A stretch of DNA of 64,000 nt, taken from positions 744,001 to 808,000 of the forward strand of contig CM069142.1 in assembly GCA_035221665.1 (NCBI GenBank), written 5' to 3'. Every line of letters begins with the position of its first letter. The first letter of the stretch is position 1. The notes beneath the pieces were generated by a model. That model made no database searches and was not told the origin of the DNA. It saw nothing but the letters and a program-made list of their open reading frames with translations. This DNA comes from Okamejei kenojei (lineage: Eukaryota). Made by a program: the position numbers and the translations under genes. This document shows positions 36,901 to 51,325 of this stretch, in pieces.

Positions 36901-38520
36901 ATGTACATGAAGCCTTCTCTCCCCAACCATATGGGTTCACATAAGGCTGTGTTGGATAAATATTTATTTATCATACTCCTGCCTCTGTTTGATCCATTGT
37001 CAAATCTTTACATTGGATCATAATTTTGCCAAAGTTTAATAACCAATAGTCTTTCCTTTGTAATCAATGTCTTTGATTTATCCTGAGGCAGGTTTACTCC
37101 ATAAATAATCAGGAGTTTAACATAACTTGATCTGTATTGACCTGCAAATCTAAAGTGCAAAAATGGTCCCAATAACAATTACATATATATATATTTATAG
37201 CATTGAGCTCCACAAACTAATGGCAATTTGTCTTTCTATTTTAAAAATGTTTTGGTCATTGCACAATGTTTTACTTGTTTTACATAAATAGTGATGCCAC
37301 GCACCAGCTTGAAATTTTTTGAAATCGTATTTCCTTATGTCTCCATATAATTGAGACATGGGTACTGTAATCGGATTCACCGTTGGTACCTTTAATAAAA
37401 CATAAATGTTTTATCAATAACTCTGCTGTTTCAACCATAATAGCTTTATGAAGCTGGTGAGAGACCAATTAATGTTGGTTACCATGGTTTCCTTCCATGG
37501 CCTCACTCCTGTTTAGTTTCGAGATACAGCGCAGAAACAGGCCCTTCGACCCACCGAGTCTGCACCAACCAGCGATCCCCGCCCATTAACATTATCCTAC
37601 ACACACTAGGGACAATTTCCCACTTATTACCCAGCCAATTAACCTACAAACCTGTACGTCTTTGGAGCGTGGGAGGAAACCGAAGATTTTGGGGAAAACC
37701 CACTCGGTCACGGGGAGAACGTACAAACTTTGTACAAACGAGCACCCCTCATCGGGATTGTACCCAGGTCTCCACTCCTTCATTCAGGTATCGTACTTAG
37801 TACACCTGTATGTATATTTGTGCTGTGGTGGGTACTTATGACCAGCCACCACTATCAATGCACCTTCAGTGTCATTTTTTTCATTTTCTTTAACTGCCCT
37901 GGTACTCCTGCGATTTTTCTCAAGGAGACTACCTCCAAATCAATCTGAGGTAGATATTCCCACATTGGTAAATCCCACCATATATATTAGTATATAGAAA
38001 CCCCTCAGGGTCTGTTTTTGGGAATATTCTGGGCCTTTTTTAAACCCTTTTGGTTGATTTTTTTTTTTTTAATTTGGAGTCTTTCTCCATTAATTTATTC
38101 TAAGCCATAAAGCTTTTTTGTCTGAAGGCCTTTTTTATTAGAACTTTTAAATCATGGCCTCTCTAACTTCTTAAAATTTCTCCTCACTTGAGTTTTTCTC
38201 ATAGCCAAAAGTCTTCCTAACGGTAACTTTAACGGCCACCGGTATCGGAACCGGCTCCGCACTAATCTGCCGTCCTGATCGCTGAGTTTCCCCCCCCCCC
38301 CGGGACGCTTTTTAAACTCCGTTTTTTTCCCGGAGTATTTTCTTTTCTTTTTAGCTTTTAAACTCCGTTTTTTTTATTTTCCCTCTTCCCCCCGGAGTAT
38401 TTTTTTTCTTTTTAACTCCCGGTGGCTCTATACATCAGACATGGAGTTTGGATATGCCCTGTAAGTAATTCAACTGTACTTACCTGCGGGCCTGTACCTA
38501 CCGCTGAGAGGAGCTGCGAA
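33935..38520 (-). mobile_element. Decayed DIRS-type (tyrosine recombinase) retrotransposon
   Basis: RNase H motif NTTAVAYINHMG in ORF 35499..35777(-), and a recombinase-like remnant SRWLKHV...HS near 34705-34775(-). A 56-bp inverted repeat (33937-33992 / 34142-34197) fits the DIRS terminal/internal complementary region layout. Confidence 0.8.
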
Positions 38521-39781
38521 GTAAAATTGGTGTGAGGCCAGCTATATATCTAAGTGGAAAGAGATTGAGACATATAACCCTGTCTTCCACATCCAAACAC
38601 TTTTGGGAGAAAAAGCACTTCCTGGACATATCAGCAGTATAATCGATCCAATAACGATATTTACTTTAGAAACCTGGTTCACTCTTACCAGACAACTTAA
38701 ACTGAATAAACGACAAAAGGTTTTAAGATGGATAGCTTTGGATAATGAATTTAAACCAGGGATGTATGACTCAACATTTAAAGAGTGAATGAAGAAAGGA
38801 ATGACTGCATCTTGTACTGTTACTGAAAATGGAGACCTAAGAAGTTTTCAAGATTTGAAGGATAGATTTGCACTTCGGAACCAAGACTTGTTTAGATACT
38901 TCCAACTGAGAGATTATTACAACAAAAAGGTAAAAAGGGAGGAACTAGAAGAAAAGAATCCAGTGATAGAAGTGATAGTTATTGCGTATCATCAAAACAC
39001 ATTAAGGATTATTTCTAAACTGTATCATAGTTTAATGGAATGTCAAGCTGAAACTACATTTTATGTAAAATGTAAGTGGGAAAAGGAATTGAACATTACA
39101 ATCTCAGAAGAAGAATGGCAGCATATGTGTGTAACACTACAGACATCCACTAATTTACAAAATTGGAGAGAATTTAATTGGAAACATTTGATTTGTTTCT
39201 TTATTACGCCTAACATAAAAAGCAAGCAAATTCTAAGGCAGCAGACATGCTGGAGGCAATGTGGTCAAACAGACACAAATCATGCACATATCTTCTGGAG
39301 TTGCCCAAAAATAAAACCATTTTCGGACAGAGTGAATTCAGAATTAACGGAGGTATTAGGATATATAGTCTCCAAGAAGTGTTCCATTTTATACCTGGTG
39401 CTGAAAGAAGATCATTACTTGGTTAAAATCCTAATCACTGCTGGCAGAAAGGCCATTACAAGAAACTGGCTTGCAGCGGACACACCATGACTTAGACAAT
39501 GGTTAGACATAGTACATTAAATATTTGCCATGGAGAAAATGACATATTCTCTAAGAGTGAAAGAAGACGAGTTTAACAGAAAATGGGAAAAATGGATTAG
39601 GTATAGAAATAAAGACGACTTCCGGTAGCGCTATGGAGGGCTAGAGGATAACGCCAGCCAGCTCCTCATAAAAAATGGGAAAAAAATCGGGGATTAACGG
39701 ACCTGCCTGCTGCCTGCTGCCTGCTGCCTGCCGTCTCTGCACCGATTGCTGTGAGTGACGTCATCAGGCGCGCAACTTGTT

Positions 39782-40795
39782 ATGGCTACCCACCCGAAAA
39801 ATCGAAAAGTCAAACTACCAGGCTGAGACCGGGGGAAGGCCTGACTGAAGCCTCGGACTCAGGTAGGACATTATCCCAAGAAGATGTGATGAAAAAAACG
39901 ACAAAAAAGATCGGAAAGTGAAGAACTTAAAACTTTTATTGCACGTGAAATTGCTGGTTTAAAGGAGGAAATAAACCAGATGAATGCTGAAATGAAAGAA
40001 TTGAAACGTGAAATTAATACCAATATTAATACTAAGACTAAGAAAATATCAGATGAATTGAAAAAATAAATTGCAGAAATGATGATTGAAATGTCAAAGG
40101 AGACGAATGATAAGATTAAAAATGTGAAAACTGATTTTGAAGAAAGGCTGAATCCTGTGGAGAAGGCACTGGACCAACAGACGGCTGGCATAAAAAGCCT
40201 TGAAGAACTAGCTGAAACAAGTGCTCAGACTGCAGCAAAGCTTATCACAGAAAATGGATGTCTAACGGATTTATTGACCAAAATAACCGAGAAATGTACT
40301 GAACTAGAAGGTCGCCAGAGAAGACAAAACCTAAGAATTGCAGGTATTCCTGAAAGGGAAGAGGAAGATAAAGATCTCCGAGAATTTACTGCGAATTTAC
40401 TGCAACATGTTTTATCTCTGGAACAAAAGCCTTTGCTAGCCCGAGCACACAGAGTGATGAGACGTCAGACAAGACCAAATGCTCCCCCAAGACAAATGAT
40501 AATAAAAGTACAATACGACTACGTCTTGGAGGAGATAATGCAAAAAACATCGAGAAACAGAAACCTTACATTTGAAGGACACAAGATCAGCATCTATCGA
40601 GATTATCCAGCAGAAGTCGTCAGGAAACGAAAAGTGTTTAATGAGACTAAAAGTCTCCTGAGGGGGGTGGAAAACTTGAAATATGGCCTGATTTACCCAG
40701 CTACTCTAAGAGTCACTTTCAACAAGAAGGAATATTTCTTCTCCAACCCTGTGGAAGCGCTGGACTTTGCCGGGAAGATTAAGATTAAGACTTGA
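39782..40795 (+). pseudogene. L1 ORF1p (coiled coil + RRM + CTD), disrupted toward the N-terminus
   Basis: Motifs LEGRQRRQNLRIAGIPE, RAHR, PRQMI, IYRDY and YPATLRV. Confidence 0.88.
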
Positions 40796-40933
40796 GAAGG
40801 CCTCATCATTGAATACACTGACTTTGCAGGACTTTACAGGACTGGATGGAATTCGTCTATTCCGTGTTCGGCTGTAAGGTCGGGTCTGTCGAACTGAACC
40901 ATTGGCTCTATTACAGACCTCCATAGACAAAAG

Positions 40934-43900
40934 ATGCAAGACTTAAAAATGAATACGGGGAATGAAGGAATAACGTTTTGCAGCTGGAATGTTAAAGGTA
41001 TTAATGAACCAATTAAGAGAGGTGAAGTATTAGCACATTTAAAAGCAATTAAAGCTGATGTGATTTTCATTCAAGAAACTCATTTAAAAAAAGATGCTGA
41101 GCATAGGCTGAAAGCTAAATGGATAGATAAAACATATCATTCTTCTTTTACACACAAATCAAGAGGTGTAGCAATATTATTTCGTAAAGGCATTTTATTC
41201 AAACATACATCAACTATAACTGATAATGATGGCAGATACATTATTGTAATAGGAGAATTAAATGCACAAAAAATGATTTTTGTTAATGTATATGGACCAA
41301 ACTTTGACAGTCCATTGTTTTTCAAGAAAATATTTAACAACATTCCGGAAATAACACAACATAACTTAATAATTGGAGGAGATTTAAATTGTACATTAGA
41401 TTCTTACTTAGACAGATCTACAAGACAAAGGAAAATTAAATCCCATTCCAGTGAATTATTAAATGCATATATGGAAACTACTAATATTAAAGATGTTTGG
41501 AGAGTAGAAAATCCAACTGGACGAGAATATTCCTTTTATTCACCTGTACATAAAACTTACTCAAGAATAGATTACTTTTTGGTCGATGCCAAACTTATTT
41601 CACTCACTTATAATTCAAAATACCATAATATTATAATCTCAGATCACGCACCTTTAAATTTAAGATTAAAATAAATGGTAAAATGGAAAAACGGGGAAAA
41701 TGGAGATTTAATCCACAAATTTTAAAAAACAAAGCAACTCAGGAATATATTACAGAACTGATCACGATTTTCTTTGAAATAAATGATAAACCGGATATAT
41801 CTTCTTCCTTAATATGGGAAACTTTTAAAGCATATGTCCGTGGAATTATGATTTCCTCTCAAGCATTTTATAATAAAAAGAATCGGAGGGATCAACAGGA
41901 ACTGGAAAAGGAGATTAAACAACTAGATACAGAGAATGCAGCTAATCCATTCATAACAATACAAAATAAAATCGCAGCACAGAAATATAAATTAAATAAA
42001 ATATATTCAGATCAAGTTGTAAAACTCTATCAATACACTAAACAATTACAGTTTGAATTTGGAGATAAACCGCAAAAATTATTGGCTCGCCAATTAAGGA
42101 GGATGGAGGGAGAAAAAATAATCCATAGGAACTAATAGAAAATAATCCATAATGGCGAACCCTTAGTACAACAAAGATACAAAGATATTAATGAGAGATT
42201 TTTGCAATATTATAAAAACTTATACACTGCTAAAACAACAGAAAACAGAATAGGAATAGAAGCATTAAAAAAAAATGTAATCTGATTGGGTTGGATTCAC
42301 AAAATAGAGAATCATTAAATGCTGAAATTTCAGTAAAAGAAATCCAAGAATCTATCAGATCATTAAAAAATGGTAAAACACCGGGACCAGATGGTATTGG
42401 CTCGGAATGTTATAAAACATTTCATGATCTGATTGCACCATGCTTGAAGACACTCTATGAATATATTTATACCCAGCAGAAACTACCAGAAACGTTAAAT
42501 GAATCTATTATAACACTTATACCTAAAATAGACAAAGATCTGGATGACCCAGGATCATAATATCAAAAGATATTAACTAAAATATTAGCACAAAGGCTAA
42601 GTACAGATATTAATGAATTAATTCATCCCAATCAAACAGGATTTATACCAAAACGATATTCCTCAACGTTTATTCAATATTATATACTCAAAAAGAGGTA
42701 TTAATAAAGATCTAGTAGTTATTTTGTTAGATGCGGAGAAAGCCTTCGACCAGGTGGAATGGTCCTAACTGTTTTCGGTTATGGAAACTTTTAAATTGGG
42801 AGAGAAGTTTATTACTTGGGTCAAATTATTATACACTAACCCAACAGCCAGAATAACAACAAATCAAACGCTATCAACTAAATTCAGTCTATCTCGAGGC
42901 TGTAGACAAGGTTGCCCTTTATCCTCACTATTATTTGCACTTGCAATAGAACCATTAGCTCAACGTGTGAGATCACATCCTGAAATATATGAGTATGATA
43001 CCAGAGATACTGAAAATAAAATCTCCTTATATGCGGATGATGTATTACTTTATATTACAAAACCGGAAATTAGTATCCAAAATTTATTAAAATTAATAAC
43101 TGAATTTGGATCTATTTCAGGATATAGTATTAATTGGAATAAAAGTGAACTCATGCCAATAACGGTAAATAACTTACCTATATTACAACAACTTCCTTTT
43201 AAGGTAACAAACGAAAAAATCAAATATCTTGGAATTTATGTAACAAAAAGATTTGATTCTTTATTTAAATCCAACTTCCCACTCTTATTGAATAAATTAA
43301 ATAAGAACATTTTATATTGGAAAACTCTACCCATCTCAATGCTAGGTAAAATTAATGTAATAAAAATGATTTTTCTTCCGCAATTACTGTATCTTTTCCA
43401 ATTGATTCCGATATATCTTCCTAAAAATTTCTTTAGGAAGGTGGACTCTTTAGTTACCAACTTTATCTGGGATTATAAGAGCCATAGAATAAATAAAAAA
43501 CATTTATGTAAATCAAAAATAAATGGAGGTTTAGCACTACCATTAATATTAAAAATATGAATTTTTGGTTAGTAGAGACAGATAAACAACCAATTTGGTT
43601 AAAACAGAAAAAGAAGATTGTTCGCTTTTTGAAATTATTTTGATTATAATTGCCAATATTAATTTAGGTAAGAAAACCTATAGTGAAAACCCTATAATAG
43701 AAAGTGGAATACGTATCTGGAAATAAATAAAGAAAACATTAATATGGAAACTATACCACTAGCCCTTACCATTGTAAATAATGTTACATTTAAACCAATG
43801 ATGGATAAAGGCTTTTTACAATGGAAAAATAAGGGAATTAATAAGACAGGAGATCTCTACAGGGAAAATTCTTTCCTTTCATTTCACGAATTACAACAAA

Positions 43901-44697
43901 TTTATGGATTACATTCAAATGATTATTTTAGATACTTACAAATTAGAGACTATGTAAAAGCAAAAACACAGGAAATTAGAAATAGAAAGACAGAAATTTT
44001 AGATGAATGTCTAAATAAACATCCGAACACAGAAAAATTGATATCATACATTTATAATATCCTATTGGAAAATGATGTCCCATTGACAGAAATATATAGA
44101 CAATCGTGGGAAAACGAATTAGGTCAAATTATTAGACCAGAAGTATGGGATGAAAGTTTACAACACATACACCACTGTTCGTTAAATGCTAGACACTCTC
44201 TTATACAATTTAAAATATTACATAGACTACATTACTCAAAATCCAAACTACATAACATTTTTTCAAATGTATCTGCCATATGTGATAAATGTCAGCACTT
44301 AGAAGCTAACTTGACACACTCATTTACAAATTGTGTAAAAATTACAAAATTTTGGATAGAAATATTTAGGATAATTTTGAATGTTATTAATATGAATCTG
44401 ACTCCTGACTCAAAGTTAATAATACTGGGAATACTGGAAACAGATCAATTAATAACAATGAATCAAATAATTTTTATTGATTATAGTTTAATAATTGGGA
44501 AAAAATTAATATTAAAATTCTGGAAAGGTCCCACATCCCCCACAATCAAAATGTGGATTACAGGAATGTCGGAGACACTCCATCTGGAAAGATTGAGGCT
44601 CGTCCTAATGGACAGGTTGGATCTTTTCAGAGGAATATGGTCTCCAGTCATTGAATATCTAAAGGGTCAAAATGGCTCGGTGCGAGAGCCTGGCTGA
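40934..44697 (+). pseudogene. L1 ORF2p (APE endonuclease, RT, C-terminal Cys domain), with several stops/frameshifts
   Basis: Motifs SWNVKG, IQETH, GGDLN, SRIDY, SDHAP, PGPDG, GCRQGCPLS, LYADD and CDKC...HSFTNC. Confidence 0.93.
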
Positions 44698-45259
44698 AAC
44701 CTGAATAATGGAATAGATGAAGGAATACGTATAACAAATCATGGATATATCTCCAACGATGGATAACTTTTTAATACTCCATTCACTTCTTTATTTTTGA
44801 TTTTTTATCTCTATATTATTTTTCTCTATCTTTTCTTACTTATTAAAAGAAAATGTATAGAAATATAAATAAGTCTTAAATGTTAATATTAATAATATTA
44901 CGAATGTATGTAAGAAGTATTTTCTATTAATATGTATTTACAACTAATAAAAATATTCATCAAACAAAGAAATAAAGACATCAACACTATATAATTTTAT
45001 TGACAATAATGTAAGTTTTTGGAAAATGTTTTAATATGAAAATAGTTCTGTATACTTCATCATTAATTATAAACTGAACCCCCCGCTACACTGTTGTACG
45101 TTTCACTGTATTGTTGTATGTTTCGTTGATATTTTTGCGTTTTATTTGTGTATACATAAAAGCAACAAAAACTAAAGTGGAAAAAAAGTCAGCGCCGCCC
45201 ACGGCTGGAAGCTCCGCAGACCGCAACTCCACGATGTTAAAGTCGGCAGTCCCAGCACT

Positions 45260-45437
45260 CAGATTCAGATTCAAAATCAATCTTTATTGTCATTGTGCTG
45301 TGTACAGTACAGGAACAACGAAATGCAGTTAGCATCTCACCCAGAAGAGTGAACATAGAATAATGGAACAACAAAATATATATATGTACATACAGTAGCA
45401 GTAGTGCAATTTTTCTGGGGAAGGAATGTCCGGGGGT

Positions 45438-45476
<39 letters not shown>

Positions 45477-48460
45477 GATTAGCAGTCACCAAGGTGCAGA
45501 GTTAAGTTGTGTAACAGTCGCAGGGAAGAAGCTGTTCCTGAACCTGCTGGTCCGGCAATGGAGAGACCTGTAGCGCCTCCCAGATGGGAGGAGGGTGAAC
45601 AGTCTGTGGCTGGGGTGAGAGCAGTCCTTGACGATGCTGCGCGCCCTTCGCAGACATCGCTTGCTCTGGACAGACTCAATGGAGGGGAGTGAGGAACCAG
45701 TGATGCGTTGGGCAGTTTTCACCACCCTCTGCACTGCTTTCCGGTCGGAGACAGAACAGTTGCCATTCAATACTGTGATACAGTTGGTAAGGATGCTCTC
45801 GATGGTGCAGCGGTAGAAGTTCACCATTATCTGAGGAGACAGATGGACCTTCTTTAGTCTCCTCAGGAAGAAGAGACGCTGGTGAGCCTTCTTGATCAGT
45901 GTTGAGGTATTGTGGGTCCAAGAGAGGTCATCAGAGATGTTGACCCCCAGAAATCTGAAACTGGAAACACGCTCCACCTCCAATCCGTTAATATGGATGG
46001 GGGTGTGCGTGCCACCCCTAGACCTTCTGTAGTCCACAATGTGCTCCTTGGTCTTCTTGGAGTTAAGGGCCAGATTGTTGTCAGCGCACCATGCTGCTAG
46101 GAGCTGGACCTCCTCCCTATAGGCCAACTCATCGTTGTCGCTGATGAGGCCAATCACCATTGTATCATCTGCATACTTGATGATGGTGTTAGAACCATGT
46201 ACAGGTGTGCAGTCGTAGGTGAAGAGGGAGTAGAGGAGGGGGCTCAGCACACAGCCCTGTGGAACACTGGTGTTCAGGGTGAGGGTTGAGGAGGTGTCAT
46301 TGTCTAACATAACAGACTGTGGTCTGTTAGTCAGGAAGTCCAGTAACCAGTTGCAGAGGGAGGGGTTGATACCCAGGTCGATGAGTTTGGTGATCAGTTT
46401 GGAGGGGATAATGGTGTTAAATGCTGAGCTATAGTCGATGAACAGCATTCTCACGTAGATGTCTGGTATCGAGGTGGGAGAGGGCAGAGTGAAATGCCGT
46501 GGAGATGGCATCCTCCGTACTCTTGTTCTTGCAGTAGGCGAGCTGATGTAGGACCAGTGTGGGAGGTAGGCAGCCTTTGAGGTGTGCCAGGACCAGCCTC
46601 TCGAAGCACTTGGTGATGATGGGAGTAAGTGCAACTGGGCGGAAGTCGGTGAGGCTCGCCGCAGTGGAGTGTTTTGGCACCGGCACGATGGAGGTGGTTT
46701 TAAGGCACGTGGGGACAGCTGCTTGGGCAAGTGACAGGTTGAAGATGTCCGTCCAGACGTCTGTCAGTTGCACAGCACAGGCCCTGAGGCCAGGCCCGGG
46801 GATGCCGTCAGGGCCAGCAGCCTTACGTGCATTAATCCTGCTCAGTGCCGCATACACGTTGATGGGGGTGAGTGTGAGGGGCTGGTGATCAGCAGGGAGC
46901 ACAACCTTGATGGCTATCTCTTAATTGTCCCTGTCAAAGCGGCAATAAAAGTGGTTAAGCTCCTCAAGGAAGGACGCGTCGCTGGATGTTGGGGTGGTGT
47001 TGGTGGGTCTGTAGTCCTTGATGGCCTGGATGCCTTGCCACATGCATCGGGTCGGAGTTGTTCTTGAAGTGCTCCTCGATCCTTAGCTTGTAGCTGTGCT
47101 TGGCCTTCTTGATGCCCCTCTTCAGGTTAGCCCATCGATGAACTGTAGGCCCGAGCATCGCCTGACCTGAAAGCGGTGTCACGTGCCTTCAGCAGTAGTC
47201 TGACCTCACTGTTCATCCATGGCTTCTGATTCGGGAAAGTGGTATCCATTTGAGGGTGGTGACACTGTTGATGGTGGAGTTGATAAAGTCCAAAACGGAG
47301 GAGGTATATGAGTCAATATCCGTGTGGGAGTCAAGGGTGGCCTGAGCTGCAAACACACTCCAGTCAGTGTTTTCAAAATGCTGCTGAAGTGTGGAGTCAG
47401 CCTCCTCTGACCAAACTTTAACTGTTCTCACTGTGGGTTTTACCCGTCTGATGAGTGGGGAGTACTTAGGGAGCAGGAACAATGAGAGGTGATCAGACTG
47501 ACCAAGGTGGGGGAGGGGGATGGCTTTGTAAGCTTCAGCCATATTTGTGTAAACTTTGTCCAGTATCTTGTCTTCTCTAGTGGCGAAGGAGACCTGTTGG
47601 TGGAATTTGGGGAGTACAGTCTTCAGGTTGGAGTGATTGATGTCACCCGCAACAATGAAGGCTGCCTCGGGGTTGTGAGTCTGTTGTTTGCTAATGGCAG
47701 TATGCAGTTCTTTCATTGCAAGCTTAGCATTAGCATCAGGAGGAATATAGGCTGCAGTCACAACAGTGGAGGTACACTCTCTGGGCAGATAGAACGGTTT
47801 GCATTTAACCAAGAGGAACTCTAGGTTAGCTGAGCAGTGATTCTCGATGATGGTGGTGTCCGTGCACCATGCTTTATTCACATAAATGCACAGACCCCCA
47901 CCTCTGGTCTTACCGGAGTCTGGTGTTCTGTCCGCTCGGAGTATATGACGCCCCGTTAGCTCGATGGCGCTGTCAGGAACGTCGGTGTTGAGCCAGGTTT
48001 CTGTGAGGATCAAGAAGCTGCTGTCTTTGATTCAGTTGTGGGAGGTAATCTGTAGCCGGAGTTCGTCCATTTTGTTTGCCAGTGAGCGTATGTTGGCGAG
48101 GAAAAGTCTAGGAATCGATAGCCTGTGTGGGGCAAGCTCTAACCTAGCCTTTAACCCACCTCAGCATCCGCAGCGGTGCGTGCGTTCGTGTCGCCGTCTG
48201 TGGGTGTTTCCGGTCGGCCAAGCTGGCTTGGTACGCTTTGCTGTTCCGCCGCTCCGCTGTTCTGGCTAGTTCCGGAGCGAGACGGAGTTCGAACAAAATG
48301 TTGTTGTAGCCGCAGGAAGCGAAGTTCAGAAGTTCCTGTCGGCTGTATGAAAGGAACGCAAGATTGTTCCGTGTGAGCAGACTTGAAACAAGTAAGTAAA
48401 TTATTGCTAGTTTGCAAATTCTCGTGAGGCACGGGGCATCATGAGAATTGTTTTGCAGGT
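45260..48460 (-). mobile_element. Rex1/Babar-type LINE, near full-length and frameshifted
   Basis: APE motifs LTETWL, RGGGLCIYVN and SDH; RT motifs [21 protein letters not shown] and KYADD; (TGAATC)n tail. Related 3' remnants at about 19850-19985, 22600-22750, 33178-33222, 57400-57700 and 63710-64000. Confidence 0.88.
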
Positions 48461-49255
48461 AGATTGGACTAGGGGAAAACAAATGATTGGCACCATCTGG
48501 AAGGGCCGAGAGGGCCTGTTTCCGTGCTGTAATTGTTATATGGTTTGAAAGGCTTATCCTAAAAATAATTGATCGGAAGGGTGTGATTTTCAGTCAGGAT
48601 GTCTGTATCATTCAGTCAGTGAGCTTGTGGTCCGGAGCCCTTCTCTATTACCCCTCTACATAAAAACAAAGTGTCAATACCTCTTCGAGGTCTACTAATC
48701 CACTCGGAGTTTCAGTTGCATGTACAACTGAAGGGATTTGGTGCTCGGCGATGCTATGAATTTATATGAATTTTAAAAATCTGATACGTTTAAATCGTTC
48801 AGAAGCTACAACCACGAGATAAATAACACTAAATAAAACTGAAGCAAATAAAGGCAAACAGAAGAACTAACCTTGAAGGTGAGAGAGAAAACAACTCACC
48901 TAAACTTTTTTTAAAAAATCATATAACATCCCTAAATGACGGGTACAAATTACTAAATAACGTGGGTGGACAAAAATGCTGGAGAAACTCAGTGGGTGAG
49001 ATGCTGCCTCTCCCGCTGAGTTTCTCCAGCATTTTTGTCCTTCAATTGTTCCAGCATTTGCAGTTCAGTGGGCCAGGCAGCATCCGCGGAGGGAACGGAC
49101 CAGGAGCCGCCACAGGCCAGGGCTCCCCCCCCCCCCCACAGGAAGGAACTGCAGATACAGCCGTCCCCGCAAAACACCAAATGATTCCAGGAATGCCGGG
49201 GCGAGAGGGTGAGAGAGAGGAAGTGAGGGAGCAGGAGAGACGAGATGGGGAGCAG

Positions 49256-49403
49256 NNNNNNNNNNNNNNNNNNNNNNNNNNNNNNNNNNNNNNNNNNNNN
49301 NNNNNNNNNNNNNNNNNNNNNNNNNNNNNNNNNNNNNNNNNNNNNNNNNNNNNNNNNNNNNNNNNNNNNNNNNNNNNNNNNNNNNNNNNNNNNNNNNNNN
49401 NNN
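49256..49403. other. Assembly gap (others at 60172-60606 and 62740-63707)
   Basis: N runs. Confidence 1.
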
Positions 49404-50392
49404 GTGGAATAATAAAATAACGTGACTACCTGCACACCAGAAGAAGCCTGTGCTCGCGGTCCGGAGCAATGACAGTGAGTTTTAAGAAATTCTCCCGTGA
49501 ATTTTATTCAAAGGAACTCGGCATCATTAGTATATGGTCAAAACACAATTACATTCACAGAGGAATGTGGATCGATGTATTGATAACACATTGTATAACT
49601 GTGTGTTAACTACTGGCTGTTAACAAGTGTTAACAGTGGTAGTGGGCATTTGGCCGAAGATGGACACAAAAAGCTGAAGTAACTCAGCGGAACAGGCAGC
49701 AACTCTGGAGAGAAGGAATGGGTGACGTTTCGGGTCGAGACCATTCTTCTGACCCGAGGACTGGGTCTGAAGGCAAATATGTGGCAAATATGTTATTGCG
49801 GCCTTTGTGCTAGGGAAGGGGGAAAGTTGCAGTTGTATAATTTGCAATTTCCATTTCATTCTTTTCCACTCTGTGCGATGTGGGCTGATCGATACCGCCT
49901 CGCTCGGCTATCTATCACTCATGCTCATGAGGTTGATTTCAAGATGCTCAGATGATCTTCTAATGTGGTCATCATTCCGAGTGCCAAATCCCTTCAGCTG
50001 TACCTGCAACTGAAACTATGGGTGGATTAGTAGACCTTGAAGAGGCATTGACACTTTGTTTTTATGTAGAGGGGTAATCACAGAGGCCCACAGGAGCCGT
50101 TGGAAGAGGAGGAGGGGGAGGAGCGACACCCGACCGGTAAGCTATAAAATCCAGCGCGGGGCTTGTTTTTTCAGAGGCCCACAGGAGCCGTTGTTTTTAC
50201 CCAAATCCATAACGTTCCATTTGGAGAAGTGGGTTTTTTTGAGGAAGCCGCTGATTGGTGGGAAGTGGACTAGGGAAAGCAGCTGATTGGTGGGAAGTGG
50301 ACCAGGGTAAGCAGCTGATTGGCAATCAGATCCCAGCAGTTTGTAGTGATTTTATATTGTGTTGCTATTGTATCCTGTGTAGGGGGGGCAGT

Positions 50393-51325
50393 ATGAAGGC
50401 CAGGGCAGTGTACTGTTCTGGATGTCAGATGTGGGAGGTCAGGGAATCTGATAGCCCTCCAGACGTACACATCTGCGCCAGGTGTGTCGAGATGGGGCTC
50501 CTAAAGGATCGTGTTAGGAACCTGGAGCAGCAGTTCGACGACCTCCGTCTGGTCAGGGAGAGTGAGGAGGTCATAGAGAGGAGCTACAGGGAGGTAGTCA
50601 CTCCCAGACCACAGGAGGCAGACAAGTGGGTCACGGTTAGGAAGGGCAAGGGGCAGAGGCAGGGGCTAGAGAGTACCCCTGTGACCGTACAACTGGAAAA
50701 TAGGTACTCGGGTTTGAGTACGATTGGAGGGGACAGCCTAGCTGGGGGCAACAACAGCAGCCGGGCCTCCGGCACAGAGACCGGCCCTGATGCTCAGAAG
50801 GGTAGCAAAAAGAGGAGGGCAATTGTAATAGGGGACTCTATAGTTAGGGGGTCGGATAGGCGATTCTGTGGACGCAGTCGGGAGACCCGGATGGTAGTTT
50901 GCCTCCCTGGTGCCAGGGTCTCGCATGTGTCAGAACGTGTCCAAAAGATTCTGATAAGGGAGGGAGAGGAGCCTGATGTTGTGGTACACATAGGTACCAA
51001 TGACATAGGCAGAAAAAGTGACGAGGTCCTGAAGGGAGAATTTAGGGAGTTGGGGGGAAAGTTAAAGAGAAGGACCAAAAGGGTAACGATTTCAGGATTA
51101 CTGCCTGTGCCGCGTGACAGTGGGAGTAGGAATGAAATGAGGTGGAGGCTAAATGCGTGGCTGAGGGACTGGTGCAGTGGGCAGCGATTCAAGTTTCTTG
51201 ATCACTGGGACCTCTTTTGGAGAAGGCATGATCTGTACGCAGAGGACGGGTTGCACTTGAACCCGAAGGGGACCAATATCCTGGCAGGGAGATTTGCAAA
51301 GGCTACTGGGGAGACTTTAAACTAG
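50393..51325 (+). CDS. CR1 ORF1p: N-terminal zinc finger/leucine zipper plus SGNH esterase domain, open frame
   Basis: CSGC...CARC finger, VIGDSIVR, CLPGA, HIGTND and DGLHLN. Start placed at the ATG of MKARAV. Confidence 0.9.
   Translation: MKARAVYCSGCQMWEVRESDSPPDVHICARCVEMGLLKDRVRNLEQQFDDLRLVRESEEVIERSYREVVTPRPQEADKWVTVRKGKGQRQGLESTPVTVQLENRYSGLSTIGGDSLAGGNNSSRASGTETGPDAQKGSKKRRAIVIGDSIVRGSDRRFCGRSRETRMVVCLPGARVSHVSERVQKILIREGEEPDVVVHIGTNDIGRKSDEVLKGEFRELGGKLKRRTKRVTISGLLPVPRDSGSRNEMRWRLNAWLRDWCSGQRFKFLDHWDLFWRRHDLYAEDGLHLNPKGTNILAGRFAKATGETLN

Larger units (their letters stand above)
39617..44967 (+). mobile_element. Full-length L1-clade LINE, inactive
   Basis: Starts GACTTCCGG, has ORF1 and ORF2, AATAAA at ~44947, and a 12-bp TSD AGAAATAAAGAC at 39605-39616 and 44968-44979. 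Confidence 0.95.
33376..45185 (+). mobile_element. Older 5'-truncated L1-clade LINE, split by nested insertions into about 33376-33934, 38524-39616 and 44980-45185
   Basis: ORF2 motifs GYKVNISKT, IKYLGVHI, LLYLFQSLP, GGMALP, then CWRQCG...HIFWSC. A-rich end. Probable TSD AAAGT(A/C)AGCGCC at ~33356 and ~45185. Confidence 0.85.
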
